This document shows, one piece after another, positions 28,301-37,766 of a DNA stretch of 64,000 bases. How positions within the stretch are numbered: the first letter of the stretch is position 1; each line of letters starts with the position of its first letter. The translations under genes were made by a program, and so were the position numbers. Source of the DNA: Candidatus Eiseniibacteriota bacterium (lineage in GTDB: Bacteria > Eisenbacteria > RBG-16-71-46 > CAZAMP01); assembly GCA_965224245.1 (NCBI GenBank), contig OZ245046.1:4992001-5056000 (forward strand), given 5' to 3'. The notes under the pieces are model-generated. The model had not been told where the DNA came from and made no database searches. It was given only the letters and a program-made list of their open reading frames with translations.

Positions 28301-28472
28301 GACCACCATCGGCGGTCTGATCCCGCTCTGGATCGGGGGCGGCGCCATGTTCGAGACGATGGCGATCGCGATCCTGTTCGGGCTCTTCTTCGCCACCGGA
28401 CTCACGCTGGGGGTGGTGCCGGTACTGTACGCGGTCCTGTTCCGGGTGCGGGTCCGCAAGGCCGGAGCCTGA
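25392..28472 (+). CDS. RND efflux permease (AcrB/AcrD/AcrF family)
   Basis: 1026 aa; 'FPGASPERVE', 'GLLVDNAIV', 'GIVINNAIVLLD', 'RLRPILLTTLTT'. Confidence 0.95.
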   Translation: MNVTRAAIEKSTVTLVALTCVVLGGLSAYRTLPRSEDPGFVIRTALVQTVFPGASPERVELLVTDKLEKAIQEIPELDYVSSTSKTGISIIYVNILESETHMRPIWDDLRRKVERVRSELPEGIIGPSVNDEFGDVFGTVITIVGEGFSYAELKNVADEVRDEFLLLPDVAKVDLYGAQDERIFVEYSNARLAELGMSPHQLRTALSGLNIIIPGGEIQSGRERVALEPSGNFQSVDDIRRSIINVPGSRDLVFLEDIAEVTRGYVDPPTARARASGENAIALAISMREGGNIVDLGDQVLATLDRIETQYPIGIEFDLQLFQPREVSEIVDGFVSNLLQAIGIVMVVMLFSLGVRTGLIVASLIPSAMILSLLVMSVFGIGLNQMSLAALIIALGLLVDNAIVMSESIMVQMTAGKSGIRAAVDSASELRVPLLTSSLTTAAAFMPIALAESAVGEYTAPIFYVVSIALLSSWVLSLTIIPLFCAKGLRVQPTGANDGDTFDGRWYRLYRSWLTGALGRPLVFLLAVVLIFVGVMGLMRFVPNIFFPGKDVTFFTVEFQFPTGTDFRYTESAVRDVESYMGETLMAPAPGEPGIQKWVTYVGEGGPRFQLPFNPEPPNPGYALTVINATSKRDFDLITPAIETYCRDRYPDMKTTITEIANGPPVASPVEIRIRGREQDRIFDIVDRVKAELASIPGTKNIDDDWGVRTKKLVVRVDQARAQRAGISSQDVALSLQTTLSGLELSQYREGDQVIPISLRSVEADRQDLGKLESLNVYSQATGRAVPLKQVADVEMVWEPSKILRRDRLPTVNVSCQIDESVTASDVFTAIAPWLEAQAPSWGLGYGYEFGGEAEASVTAQASVMAKLPIAALVIVLLLVAQFNSVRKPVIILLTIPLGLIGVVIGLLVADSYFGFMTFLGVISLSGIVINNAIVLLDRIQIEIDAGLEPAAAIVEASQRRLRPILLTTLTTIGGLIPLWIGGGAMFETMAIAILFGLFFATGLTLGVVPVLYAVLFRVRVRKAGA

Positions 28473-28558
28473 GCGGCAGCGCGGGAGGTCGTCGCCGTCG
28501 TGGGCGGCGTCCCCGTCGTCGTCGGGCGCGGATCCGGGGACGAGCCGTCGACGCCGGG

Positions 28559-30412
28559 TCACGCGTCGAGGTCGAGGCGCTCCTCGCGCACGGGGCATTG
28601 CGGCTCGTCCCGCTCGGCGAGCACGCGGGTGATGGTCCGCGTCAGATCGGCGGCGGTGAACGGCTTCGCGATGAACGCATCGGCCGTCTCGTCGACCCGG
28701 TCGGTGTCTCGATGTGGGTAGCCCGACATGAACACCACCGGAACGTGGACGCCGCGAGCGCGCACCGCCTTGGCCAGATCGAAGCCGTCGCCGTCCGGCA
28801 TCACGACGTCGGTCAGGATCAGATCGATGTGATCGCGGTCGTCGTCGAGCAGTGCGAGCGCCTCCTGCATGCCGGCCGCGAGCAGCACCCCGAGCCCACA
28901 CGTCTCCAGCATGCGCCCGAGCAGGGTTCGCACGCTCGACTCGTCCTCGACCACGAGCGCCATCCGGGTCGCCCGGGTGCCGGGCGTCGCACGCACCGCG
29001 GCGTCACCGGCGGTGCGCTCGATCGCGGCGGGTAGCCTCACCGTGAACGTCGAGCCGGCACGCGGCGCACTTCGCACCCGGATCTCTCCTCCGAGCTGCT
29101 GGACGATTCCGTAGACCGTCGCCAGACCGAGACCCGTGCCCTGACCGATCTCCTTGGTGGTGAAGAAGGGCTCGAACACACGCTCCTGGGAGACCGGATC
29201 GATGCCGATGCCGTCGTCCTGGACCGTCAGCGAGACGAACGTGCGCTCGCCAGGCGCGGTCGGCTCGGTCGACCCGCCGGCGGACGTGGAGATCGCGATC
29301 ACGCCGCCGTCGGGCATCGCGTCCCGAGCGTTCAGAGCGAGGTTCAGCACGATCTGCTCGATCTGCCCGGGATCGGCCATGACGGCGACCTCGCGTGCGT
29401 CGAGCTCGAGGGTGATCGAGACGTCGTCCTCCACGAGCCGTTCCAGAACCTCCGCGACGTCGCGTACGACGGCGTTGAGGTCCACGCGCTCGGCCGGAAG
29501 AGGCTGGCGTCTGGCGAACGTCAGGAGCTGTCGCGTAATGGACGCCGCCCGCTCGGCCGCACGGCGGGCCTGCTCGAGAACCCGGGTGTTCGCGGTGGCG
29601 GAGGCGCCCTCGCGAGAAGCGAGGTCCAGCCCGCCCAGGATCACGGTCAGGAGGTTGTTGAAGTCGTGCGCGATCCCTCCCGCCAGTCGGCCGATTGCGT
29701 CCATCTTGTGGCCCTGGACGAGCTGCTGCTGGGCGTGCTCCAGCCGCTCCAGGCTCTCGCGAAGCTGCGCGTTCGCGGTCTCGAGCGCCAGACCGCGCGT
29801 GCGGAGCGCGTCCCGTAGACGCGCGTTCTGCAGGACACGCTCGAGGTGTCCGGCCAGAAGGGCCAGAAACGCTCCGTCCTCCCGAGAGGGCCGCGGCCTG
29901 AAGAAGCTGCCACGGCTCTCGGCCCTCTTCTGACCGGCCACGTACGCCACCAGGTCTCCATCGTCCAGGCGAAGCGGGACCACGAGCACCGAGCCGTCCG
30001 GCGACTCCGCCGATGACGAGACGAGCGGCGACGCCGGCGCGAGCGACGCCAGGTCGTACACGCCGGCCGCGGTCAAGGTGCCGATCCAGGCGGTGACCTC
30101 GGCGGTCGCGTTCCACGGTGCCGGCGGCACCTCGCCCACGATCACCCATCGATCCTCGGGATCTCGATGGGCGGCGGTGACGACGTCGAGGTCGAACGTC
30201 TCGGCGACGAGCTTCAGGGCGCGCGACATCAGGCACTGGCGCGTCTCCTCGACCGGGCTCTCCAGCACCAGCTCGCTCAGCGCACGGATGCGACCCAGCT
30301 CCCGGTCGAGCTGTCCCTGCGATCGCGAGAGTCGGTGCTCGGTCCGGACCAGCAGCTTGACCTGCTCGTGAAGACGCTCCGGATCGCCGGGCGAGGAGGA
30401 TCGCTCCGTCAC
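28559..30412 (-). CDS. Cytoplasmic hybrid histidine kinase (GAF-like, HisKA, HATPase, REC)
   Basis: 'GRLAGGIAHDFNNLL', 'NARDAMP', 'FFTTK..GTGLGL', 'LILTDVVMP'; GTG 30412 overlaps the FIST stop. Confidence 0.9.
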   Translation of the reverse strand: MTERSSSPGDPERLHEQVKLLVRTEHRLSRSQGQLDRELGRIRALSELVLESPVEETRQCLMSRALKLVAETFDLDVVTAAHRDPEDRWVIVGEVPPAPWNATAEVTAWIGTLTAAGVYDLASLAPASPLVSSSAESPDGSVLVVPLRLDDGDLVAYVAGQKRAESRGSFFRPRPSREDGAFLALLAGHLERVLQNARLRDALRTRGLALETANAQLRESLERLEHAQQQLVQGHKMDAIGRLAGGIAHDFNNLLTVILGGLDLASREGASATANTRVLEQARRAAERAASITRQLLTFARRQPLPAERVDLNAVVRDVAEVLERLVEDDVSITLELDAREVAVMADPGQIEQIVLNLALNARDAMPDGGVIAISTSAGGSTEPTAPGERTFVSLTVQDDGIGIDPVSQERVFEPFFTTKEIGQGTGLGLATVYGIVQQLGGEIRVRSAPRAGSTFTVRLPAAIERTAGDAAVRATPGTRATRMALVVEDESSVRTLLGRMLETCGLGVLLAAGMQEALALLDDDRDHIDLILTDVVMPDGDGFDLAKAVRARGVHVPVVFMSGYPHRDTDRVDETADAFIAKPFTAADLTRTITRVLAERDEPQCPVREERLDLDA

Positions 30413-31623
30413 GCACGGACCTCGTCGTAGAGCGCACACAGAACGACGGTGTAGTTGTGGTAGTACGGCCGGCTCCCGATCGGGGCGATCTCGCCGTAGG
30501 TGTGGAATCCGATCCACGGAACGTCCCGGCCGGCGGTGTTCTGTAGCGGACGCACGATGTGGTCGCTCGCCGAGCTCCCGAACAGGATCCGACCCCGCCC
30601 CGCGCAATCGAACTGGAACACGGCGACCGGCGCTCGATCACTCTCGACGTCCCAGATCTGTCGCACACATGCCTTGGCGCTCTCGGTGATGCGCTCCCGG
30701 TCCCGGCGCGTGATGCGGATGGTCTGGTCCTGCTGGATGCCGCCGCCCGGGAAGTGGAGCGCCCCGCTGGCCTGGTCGAGCTTCAAGGGCGTCCGGATGA
30801 CGTGCGTGCCGTAGGACGAGGCGCGGAGGCTTTCGGCGAGCGGGAGTCCCACGCACAGGTGGGCCATGCCCTCCGCGTTGAGGTCCGCCGGATCGCCGTC
30901 GAGATACTCCTTGAAGACGGCCCACGCGGGCTCGTCGTCGATCTCGATCACCCACTCCGCGTCGACCTTCGTGACGCGACGCTCCAGGCCGATCGGGGTA
31001 CAGCCGTGGCTCACCGCCACCCGGAGCGAGCCGCCGCGAACGAGCAGCGCCGACGCCGCGCCGGTGTGAACCTCGCCGTCGAGGTACTGGTACGTGCGGT
31101 CGAACGTCATCGCATCGCCGGACGTCCCGCCGACGATGATGGGGCAGCCGCCCTCCAGTCCGGTCTTGAGGCCGGCCAGAAACGACGTGCAGTTCCCACT
31201 CAGACCGTCGGGAAACACGAACATCCCCGTGATCCCGTCGAGATCGCGACCGACTCGCTCGGCCAGCTCGGTACCGGCGCCCGCGGGATCGGCCGCATAG
31301 CGGGTCGTGAGCATCGGCTCGAACGACAGCGTCCCGGACCGGATCGCCATGACGACGACCGCGTGCTCGCACTCGTCGGAGTGCGAGCGAGAGATGACGC
31401 CCTCGCCCGAGCAGCCCACGATCCGGGCGCTGCCCGCCACCCTGGCGACGCCGTCGAGGATCGCGCGCTGATCGTGACATGCGGTGGCGAACACGAGGCA
31501 CACGTCCGCCGGTCCATCCAGCGGACGGCAAGCCTCGCCGGCGGCCGCGACCGACGCCGCCCGGCTGTCGTCGTCGAGGCTCCGGCCTGTGCCGACGCGT
31601 GTGGTCACCTGGGTCCTCACCAT
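30409..31623 (-). CDS. FIST-domain (NosP-like) signal protein
   Basis: 'IVGCSGEGVI', 'IVGGTSGD', 'FDCAGR', 'GFHTYGEIAP..HNYT'. Confidence 0.9.
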   Translation of the reverse strand: MVRTQVTTRVGTGRSLDDDSRAASVAAAGEACRPLDGPADVCLVFATACHDQRAILDGVARVAGSARIVGCSGEGVISRSHSDECEHAVVVMAIRSGTLSFEPMLTTRYAADPAGAGTELAERVGRDLDGITGMFVFPDGLSGNCTSFLAGLKTGLEGGCPIIVGGTSGDAMTFDRTYQYLDGEVHTGAASALLVRGGSLRVAVSHGCTPIGLERRVTKVDAEWVIEIDDEPAWAVFKEYLDGDPADLNAEGMAHLCVGLPLAESLRASSYGTHVIRTPLKLDQASGALHFPGGGIQQDQTIRITRRDRERITESAKACVRQIWDVESDRAPVAVFQFDCAGRGRILFGSSASDHIVRPLQNTAGRDVPWIGFHTYGEIAPIGSRPYYHNYTVVLCALYDEVRA

Positions 31624-31678
31624 CGTGGGTCGCGGAGCTCGTGAGTGGCTCGACCGGGAAACGGCTCCATCATGATAC

Positions 31679-31707
31679 AAAAACGCCCCGGGGCGAACCC
31701 CGGGGCG
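31679..31707 (-). terminator. Rho-independent terminator of the VWA gene
   Basis: Minus strand CGCCCCGGGG-TTCG-CCCCGGGGCG-TTTTT. Confidence 0.85.
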
Positions 31708-31733
31708 CGATCGAAACGGACTCGAAGGTCGGC

Positions 31734-32684
31734 TCAGTCGTTGTACGTCGACTTGATGTGTCCCCAGCTGCTCTCGACGACGGGCGTGCCACCGCACTCG
31801 GAGCAGTCCTCGACGACGACGCCGCCGAGCGTCGAACACTGACCTTCGAGGACCTCGAAGCAATCGGTGTTGTCGACGCAGCACAGCTCGGTCCGGCCCA
31901 TGCCGACGCAGTTCAGGATGACCTGCTCGATGGCATCGGCCGTGCCGGCGCCGGAGGCGTCGGTCTCGCCGTACACGCCACCGGTCGTGGCCGCGTAGTC
32001 GGTCATGATCGAGACGATGTCGCCCGGATCACCGAACGTGGGCACGAAGAGGGCGCCGATCGCCACGCCGAGGCCGGCGGCCTCGAGCGCGCGCTGATGT
32101 GCGGCGACGTCGTCGACGCCGGCGACGTAGGAGTCGTCGCAGCCCGCCGGACGCGCGTCGGTCACGAGGATCGTCACCTTGCAGCAGTCGGCCCGGAAGT
32201 CGGCCGGATCGAAGTCACCGGAGACGGCGCAGACGGTGCCGCCGGGGTTGAACACCTCGCGAAGCGCCTCGTCCGACGCCTCGGGCTCGCCCACGCCACC
32301 GGTCGCGAACAGGGCCGCGATGCCGGCGGCCACGTCGGCGGTCGTGAACGTCATCGGAACGTCGACCTCGACGTCGTCCTTGAACGAGAGCAGCGCCGCC
32401 TGCGTGTCGCCGCAGGTGTCGTCGGCAAGCGTGAGGATGCTGGCGATGCCGGCCTTCACGTTGTCGATCGCGCCACCCATCGAGCCCGTGTCGTCGATGA
32501 CGAACACGAGGTCGATACACGTACAGTCGCCACCACCGTCTCGCAAGTCGTACCCGAAGTCGTGCGACGAGACCGAGCCCACGACCGGTCCCGCGGGACT
32601 GTCGTTCGGGCTGATCTCGGTTGCCGCCGCCGGCAGGGCCAGCGCCGCGCCGACGAAACAGCTGAACGCGATACGAAGTGTCAT
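31734..32684 (-). CDS. Secreted VWA-domain protein with Cys-rich linker and 'SWGHIKSTY' C-terminal tail
   Basis: Signal peptide; MIDAS 'DDTGSM'; 'ILVTDA'; 'CCVDNTDC..C..C..C'. Confidence 0.85.
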   Translation of the reverse strand: MTLRIAFSCFVGAALALPAAATEISPNDSPAGPVVGSVSSHDFGYDLRDGGGDCTCIDLVFVIDDTGSMGGAIDNVKAGIASILTLADDTCGDTQAALLSFKDDVEVDVPMTFTTADVAAGIAALFATGGVGEPEASDEALREVFNPGGTVCAVSGDFDPADFRADCCKVTILVTDARPAGCDDSYVAGVDDVAAHQRALEAAGLGVAIGALFVPTFGDPGDIVSIMTDYAATTGGVYGETDASGAGTADAIEQVILNCVGMGRTELCCVDNTDCFEVLEGQCSTLGGVVVEDCSECGGTPVVESSWGHIKSTYND

Positions 32685-32946
32685 GCCGCTACCTCTGAAG
32701 TTGAGACCCCATGTGCAGTCGGCGGTCGAGCTACGAGAGACCGCCGCACGTCGTTGAGCGCCGCGCTTCCCGGGCGCGTGCCGATCATCGTGACGGTGTC
32801 ACCGACTCCGCCAGCTGCAGCGGGTGCAGCTCGAAAGGCAGAGGATGACGCCAGTAGATGACAGCTCGGGTGAACGGAACCCAGAGACGCCCCATCGCAC
32901 CGAGAGGTCACGTCTGGGAGGAATCAGGCCCCGAACAACTTGCTAA

Positions 32947-32976
32947 AGTGTACGGGGTCGTTTGGGTCCTGGTCAA
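32947..32976 (-). promoter_or_regulatory. Sigma-70 promoter for the VWA gene
   Basis: Minus strand TTGACC-N18-TACACT in an AT-richer patch. Confidence 0.55.
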
Positions 32977-33271
32977 TTGGGGTTTCGTCGAGGATGCCGG
33001 CCCGGGTACCGGCGGCATGCCCACCCCGCAGGCCGGCCGGTGGTCGCCGCCGCCCAGACTCCCCGTGTGCGCCAACCTCAATCGGTGGAGTGACATACAC
33101 GGTAGGCGCCCCCCGCGCCCGATCCGTCGCATTCGAAGGGGGGTTCCCGTAGACTCGGGCACGCTCTCCGGGGGCGCGGTGCTCCCGGTCGAGATCGACC
33201 TCGGGCAGCGGCGTCGCCGGACGGCGAGAGCCGAGGCTCGACCTGCACGACCGAGTCCGAGGAACCCAGCT

Positions 33272-36200
33272 ATGTGGCGATCGGTGTTTTGCGTGACCGT
33301 GGCGGTGGCCGGCGTGGTGCTCCTGCCCGGGTGTGGGCCGGCGGGCGACGGACCCGAGCTCACGAGGCTCCGCAACCAGGCCAAGGCTCACTTCGAGAAC
33401 GGGGAGACCGCCGAGGCGATCGCGATCTTCCAGGACGTGCTCGCGTCGCCGGGCGCCACGCCCGAGGACGAGGTGAACCTCGGCAAGGCGTACTTCCTAG
33501 CCGGCGATCACGATCACGCGATCTCGATTCTCGAGCGCGCGCGAGAATCGCTCCCGACCCTGCCCGACATTCCGTACAACCTCGGAATCATGCACAAGCG
33601 CGACGGCCGCATCGACGACGCGATCGCCGAGCTCGAGCGGTTCCACGAGCTGGACCCGGGGTCGGTGCCCGGCACGTTCAACGTCGGCGTGCTCTACGCG
33701 CGCGCCGGGCGCAACGCCGATGCGCTGCTCGCGTTCGACCGCATCCTGGCCGCCGATCCCTTCAACGCGGCCGCTCACTATCAGCGGTTCACGGTGCTGC
33801 GCGCGCTGGGCCGCCGCGACGAGGCGCAGCTGGCGTTCGACCGGTTCGCGGAGCTGAAGGATCGCATTCCCGCCGAGCGCCTGGAGAGCGTCGCGCTCGA
33901 GGAGTCTCCGTACTTCGAGATCGCATACCGCGAGCCCGGCGACGCGGAGCCCGCGCGGATCGAGCCCATCATGCCGCCGTATACGCTGGGTTTGTCGGCG
34001 ACACCCGGGTCGGTGCCGCCGTTCGACGGCGCCACGGCCCTCGCCGCGGGCGACGTGGACGGAGACGGTGACGCGGACGTCGTCGTCGTGCATCGCGCCG
34101 CCGCCGGCGCGGCGGTGGCGACGGTCGTCCGGAACGACGGGGACGGCCGCTGGCTCGTGGCGCTGGATCTGACCGCTCCGGCCGGGGACGCCCACGGGCT
34201 CCGGCTCGTCGATCTCGACAACGACACCGACCTCGACGTGCTCGTGGTCTCCGCGCGCGGCGCGAAGCTCCACCGCAACGATGGCCAGGGCGCCCGCCTC
34301 TCGTTCTCCGATCAGACCGACGCCTCGCGCCTGGCGAACGCCACGGGCACCGCCGTCTCACTGGCCGACTACGACCACGACGGTGATCTGGACGTACACG
34401 TGTCCGGACACGCCGACGCGCTCTCGCGACTCTATCGAAACGGCGGCACGCCCGATCCGGCCACGCCGCCGGTGTTCGTGGACGTGACGGCCGAGGCTTA
34501 CCTGCCGAACCAGGGCACCGCGGGGCCGGTCTACCGCGACCTCGACGGTGACTTCGACACCGATCTGGTGGCGCTGAACGCGTCGGGCCGGGCGCGCGCC
34601 CACCGGAACGCGGGTCAGCAGGAGTTCCGGGCCGCGCCGTCCGAGGTGACTCCGTCCTCGCCGGCGCGGGCGCTGGCGTGTGACGACGTCACCGGTGACG
34701 GGTGGGCCGACGTCGTCCTCGCCACCGACGCGGGGCTCGAGGTGTTCGCCAACGCCGGGGAGGTCACGTTCACGGCCGCCGGCACGTTCGCGCTCGGCGG
34801 CGCGCCGCCCGACGACGCGACGGCCCCCGCCATCCTCGCGATGGAGCTCGTCGACCTCGATGCCGACGGCGATCTGGACGCGGTCCTCACGCGGGCCGGC
34901 GGCACCGTCGTCGCGATGCGAAACGACGGCCGGGGGTCGTTCGAGGACGTCACCGAGACGTGGGGCGTGACGGGCCTCTCCCTCGTGCCCACGCTGGCGG
35001 CGCCCGCCGTGTCCGATCTCGATGGGGACGGCACGCTCGATCTCGTGGGCGTCGATCCCGAGGGCGGGTTCGTCGTCTCCCGGGGAGCCGGTGGTGGCGC
35101 GAACGTCTGGCTCACGCTGGAGGGCGGCAAGAGCAATGCGAGGGGCGTGGGCTCGGTGGTCGACGTGCAGTCCGGGAGGCTGTTCACGCGGCGCACGGTC
35201 ACGGACACGCCGATGCCGATCGGGGTCGGCACGCACACCACGCTGGACTTCGTGCGCGTGCAGTGGCCGAGCTGGATCATCCAGAACGAGATCGACGTGG
35301 ACCTGACCGCGGAGAGACGAATCCACGTGAAGGAGAAGCCGGCGGCGCTCGGCTCGTGTCCCAGCCTCTATGCGTGGGACGGCGACGCGTACGTGTTCGT
35401 GACCGACGTTCTGGCCACCACGTCGCTCGGGCTCGCGCTGGACGGCGAGACACCGATGCCGTTCGACGACGAGGAGTTGATCCGCATCCCGACGGACCTG
35501 GCGGCCGTGACCGACGGCGAGCTCCAGTTCGTGATCACCGAGGAGCTCAACGAGATCGTCTACCTGGATCAGGTGCGCCTGCTCGTGGTCGACCATCCGC
35601 CGAGCGTCCGGGTGTACTCGAACACCATCCTCCGCGACGAGCCCTTTCCGCCGGCCGGCATCGTGGCCGTCAGACGCGAACGGCCGCCCTTCGCCGCCAC
35701 CGATCACACCGGTGCGGACTGCCTGACCGCGATCGGGGCGGTGGACGGCTTCTATGCGGCACCCTTCGAGAACGTGGGCCGCCAGTATCACGGGCTCGCC
35801 GACATGCACGCGATCGACCTCGAGCTAGGTCCGGCGACCGATCGATCGACGCTCGTGATGATCCTCCACGGCTGGATCGACTGGCCCGAAACGGCGACGT
35901 TCCTGTCCATCGCGCAGAACCCCGATCTGGAGCTGGTGCTGCCCACCGTGCACGCCAAGGGTGCGATCGGCTGGCGGCAGGTGCACGCGCCGTTCGCCGT
36001 GCAGGCGCTCAAGCCGAAAGACGTCGTGCTCGATCTCCGCGGTCGGTTGAACCCGGACGAGACGGTCCTCCGGATCGAGTCGAACCTCGCGTGCTACTGG
36101 GATCGGATCGCGCTGGCCGACGCCGTCGATGCCGAGCGGGAGACGGCCGTCGTCATCGTGGACCCGAGCCGGGCGGAGCTGAGCTTCCACGGCTGGTCGG

Positions 36201-36631
36201 CGCGCCGCCCACGGGACGCGAGCCCACTCACCACGTACGACTATCACCGCGTGGACCTGAAGGCGCCCTGGGCGGGCTCGACGGGGCGCTTCACGCGCTA
36301 TGGAGACGTGCTGCCGCTGGTCACGCTGCGCGACGACATCTACGCGATCCTGAACACCGGCGACGAGGTGCGCTTCGCGGTGTCGGCAACCGGTCTTCCC
36401 GAGGAGCATGCCGGCTGGGTGCGCGACTATTTCGTGTGGCTGGCCGGATTCGAGAAGCAGGCCGACTACGGCACGCTCGCATCGGGAACGGTGGAGCCGC
36501 TACCGTTCCGCGAGATGGACACGTATCCGTACGGCCCGGGTCAGGCGTATCCCGACGGTGACGCCCACCGGCAATACCTGGAGACGTTCAACACGCGTCT
36601 GGTCGAGCGCGCCGCTTCGCCTCCTCGATGA
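33272..36631 (+). CDS. Lipoprotein with TPR repeats, FG-GAP repeats and ASPIC/UnbV domain (CRTAC1-like)
   Basis: Lipobox LPGC; TPRs; many DxDxDGDxD repeats; 'SNARGVGS.V', 'VQWPS', 'GSCPSLYAWDG'; ATG 33272 with GAGGA. Confidence 0.9.
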   Translation: MWRSVFCVTVAVAGVVLLPGCGPAGDGPELTRLRNQAKAHFENGETAEAIAIFQDVLASPGATPEDEVNLGKAYFLAGDHDHAISILERARESLPTLPDIPYNLGIMHKRDGRIDDAIAELERFHELDPGSVPGTFNVGVLYARAGRNADALLAFDRILAADPFNAAAHYQRFTVLRALGRRDEAQLAFDRFAELKDRIPAERLESVALEESPYFEIAYREPGDAEPARIEPIMPPYTLGLSATPGSVPPFDGATALAAGDVDGDGDADVVVVHRAAAGAAVATVVRNDGDGRWLVALDLTAPAGDAHGLRLVDLDNDTDLDVLVVSARGAKLHRNDGQGARLSFSDQTDASRLANATGTAVSLADYDHDGDLDVHVSGHADALSRLYRNGGTPDPATPPVFVDVTAEAYLPNQGTAGPVYRDLDGDFDTDLVALNASGRARAHRNAGQQEFRAAPSEVTPSSPARALACDDVTGDGWADVVLATDAGLEVFANAGEVTFTAAGTFALGGAPPDDATAPAILAMELVDLDADGDLDAVLTRAGGTVVAMRNDGRGSFEDVTETWGVTGLSLVPTLAAPAVSDLDGDGTLDLVGVDPEGGFVVSRGAGGGANVWLTLEGGKSNARGVGSVVDVQSGRLFTRRTVTDTPMPIGVGTHTTLDFVRVQWPSWIIQNEIDVDLTAERRIHVKEKPAALGSCPSLYAWDGDAYVFVTDVLATTSLGLALDGETPMPFDDEELIRIPTDLAAVTDGELQFVITEELNEIVYLDQVRLLVVDHPPSVRVYSNTILRDEPFPPAGIVAVRRERPPFAATDHTGADCLTAIGAVDGFYAAPFENVGRQYHGLADMHAIDLELGPATDRSTLVMILHGWIDWPETATFLSIAQNPDLELVLPTVHAKGAIGWRQVHAPFAVQALKPKDVVLDLRGRLNPDETVLRIESNLACYWDRIALADAVDAERETAVVIVDPSRAELSFHGWSARRPRDASPLTTYDYHRVDLKAPWAGSTGRFTRYGDVLPLVTLRDDIYAILNTGDEVRFAVSATGLPEEHAGWVRDYFVWLAGFEKQADYGTLASGTVEPLPFREMDTYPYGPGQAYPDGDAHRQYLETFNTRLVERAASPPR

Positions 36632-37589
36632 GCGCCTTCTGGCCCTCGGTCGTGCGCTCGGCCGCCGTTCCGGCGCCGCGGTAGGCCGGTGCATTTTGGG
36701 TCGGATACAGCTCGGGGCGCCGGTGCGCGAGCATCGCGTGCCCGGATCGGCGCCCGCGCTCGTGACGGAGCGCCGCCAGGTCGATGGGCGCCACCACGAT
36801 CCGCTCGCCCGGCCCCGGGGACGCCTCGGCCAGGACGCGACCGTCGTAGTCGACGATCATGCTCCCACCGGGCCACGAGAAGGGCGGGTAGTGCCGGAGG
36901 CTCGCGCCCTGGTTCGCCGCCACCACGAACGCGGTGTTCTCGAGCGCGCGACAGCGATTGACCACCGTCCACCAGTCCATGGGCGCGGTGGTACCCCAGG
37001 GATCCATGTACGCCGATATCCGGATCAAGACGTCGGCCCCCTTCACGGCCAGCTCCCGCGTGACCTCGGGGAAGAGCCAGTCGTAGCACGTGGCCACGCC
37101 GAGGCGGCCGATGCTCGTCTCGACCACCGGCAACGGGTCGTCGGGGTAGTCGGGAAGGTCGTGGGGGCTCGCGTGCACCTCCCATGGGATCCACGGGTTC
37201 ACCTTCCGGTAGCGTGACAGGAGCGTTCCGTCAGGCCCCAGGAGGCACGTCGTGTTGAACACCGTGTCCGGCCAGCGGGCATCGACCTCGAGAAAGCTCC
37301 CGGTCTGGACGTGGATGCCATGAGTCCTGGCGCACTCGGCCATGCGCGCGACGTGCTCGTTGTCCACGGGCATCGCGAGCTTGTCGAGGAGCTCCTCGGC
37401 GCTGGGATAGACCGGCGCCGCGTGCGCGAACTCGGGGAACACGACGAGGCGTACGTCGTGAAACGGCGCGTAGCCAACGACGGCCTGCTCGACGAGCTGA
37501 ATCATGCGGGTGGTGTTGCGAGCCATGTCGCGACGATCGACCGGATTCGGACAGTCGACCTGGCAGGCGGCGGCATAGTAGCGATCCAC
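36588..37589 (-). CDS. Nitrilase/carbon-nitrogen hydrolase
   Basis: E-K-C triad: FPEF, YRKVNP, TCYDWLFPE. Confidence 0.9.
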   Translation of the reverse strand: MDRYYAAACQVDCPNPVDRRDMARNTTRMIQLVEQAVVGYAPFHDVRLVVFPEFAHAAPVYPSAEELLDKLAMPVDNEHVARMAECARTHGIHVQTGSFLEVDARWPDTVFNTTCLLGPDGTLLSRYRKVNPWIPWEVHASPHDLPDYPDDPLPVVETSIGRLGVATCYDWLFPEVTRELAVKGADVLIRISAYMDPWGTTAPMDWWTVVNRCRALENTAFVVAANQGASLRHYPPFSWPGGSMIVDYDGRVLAEASPGPGERIVVAPIDLAALRHERGRRSGHAMLAHRRPELYPTQNAPAYRGAGTAAERTTEGQKALIEEAKRRARPDAC

Positions 37590-37630
37590 GGGTCCTCCGG
37601 GTGCGGGCGAGAAGAGCGGCGCGAGGGATC

Positions 37631-37639
37631 ACCTTAGCA
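37631..37639 (-). promoter_or_regulatory. Extended -10 (TGcTAAGGT) for the nitrilase gene
   Basis: TGnTAnnnT about 40 nt upstream of the start. Confidence 0.45.
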
Positions 37640-37766
37640 GCGAGCCCCGAGCGGCGTCGATCCCGGGGCGCCGGTGCACTCCCGGGGATCGCGTCCGACT
37701 CGGCGTGGTCACCGGCCGGACTTCCGTCTAGACTGCCTCCACTTCCGCCGAGAGGGGGCCGAGTCC

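Noticed and set aside
32858-33271. 138-aa N-terminal extension of the FG-GAP protein
   Set aside because: It spans the divergent promoter region, and the lipoprotein signal begins at ATG 33272.
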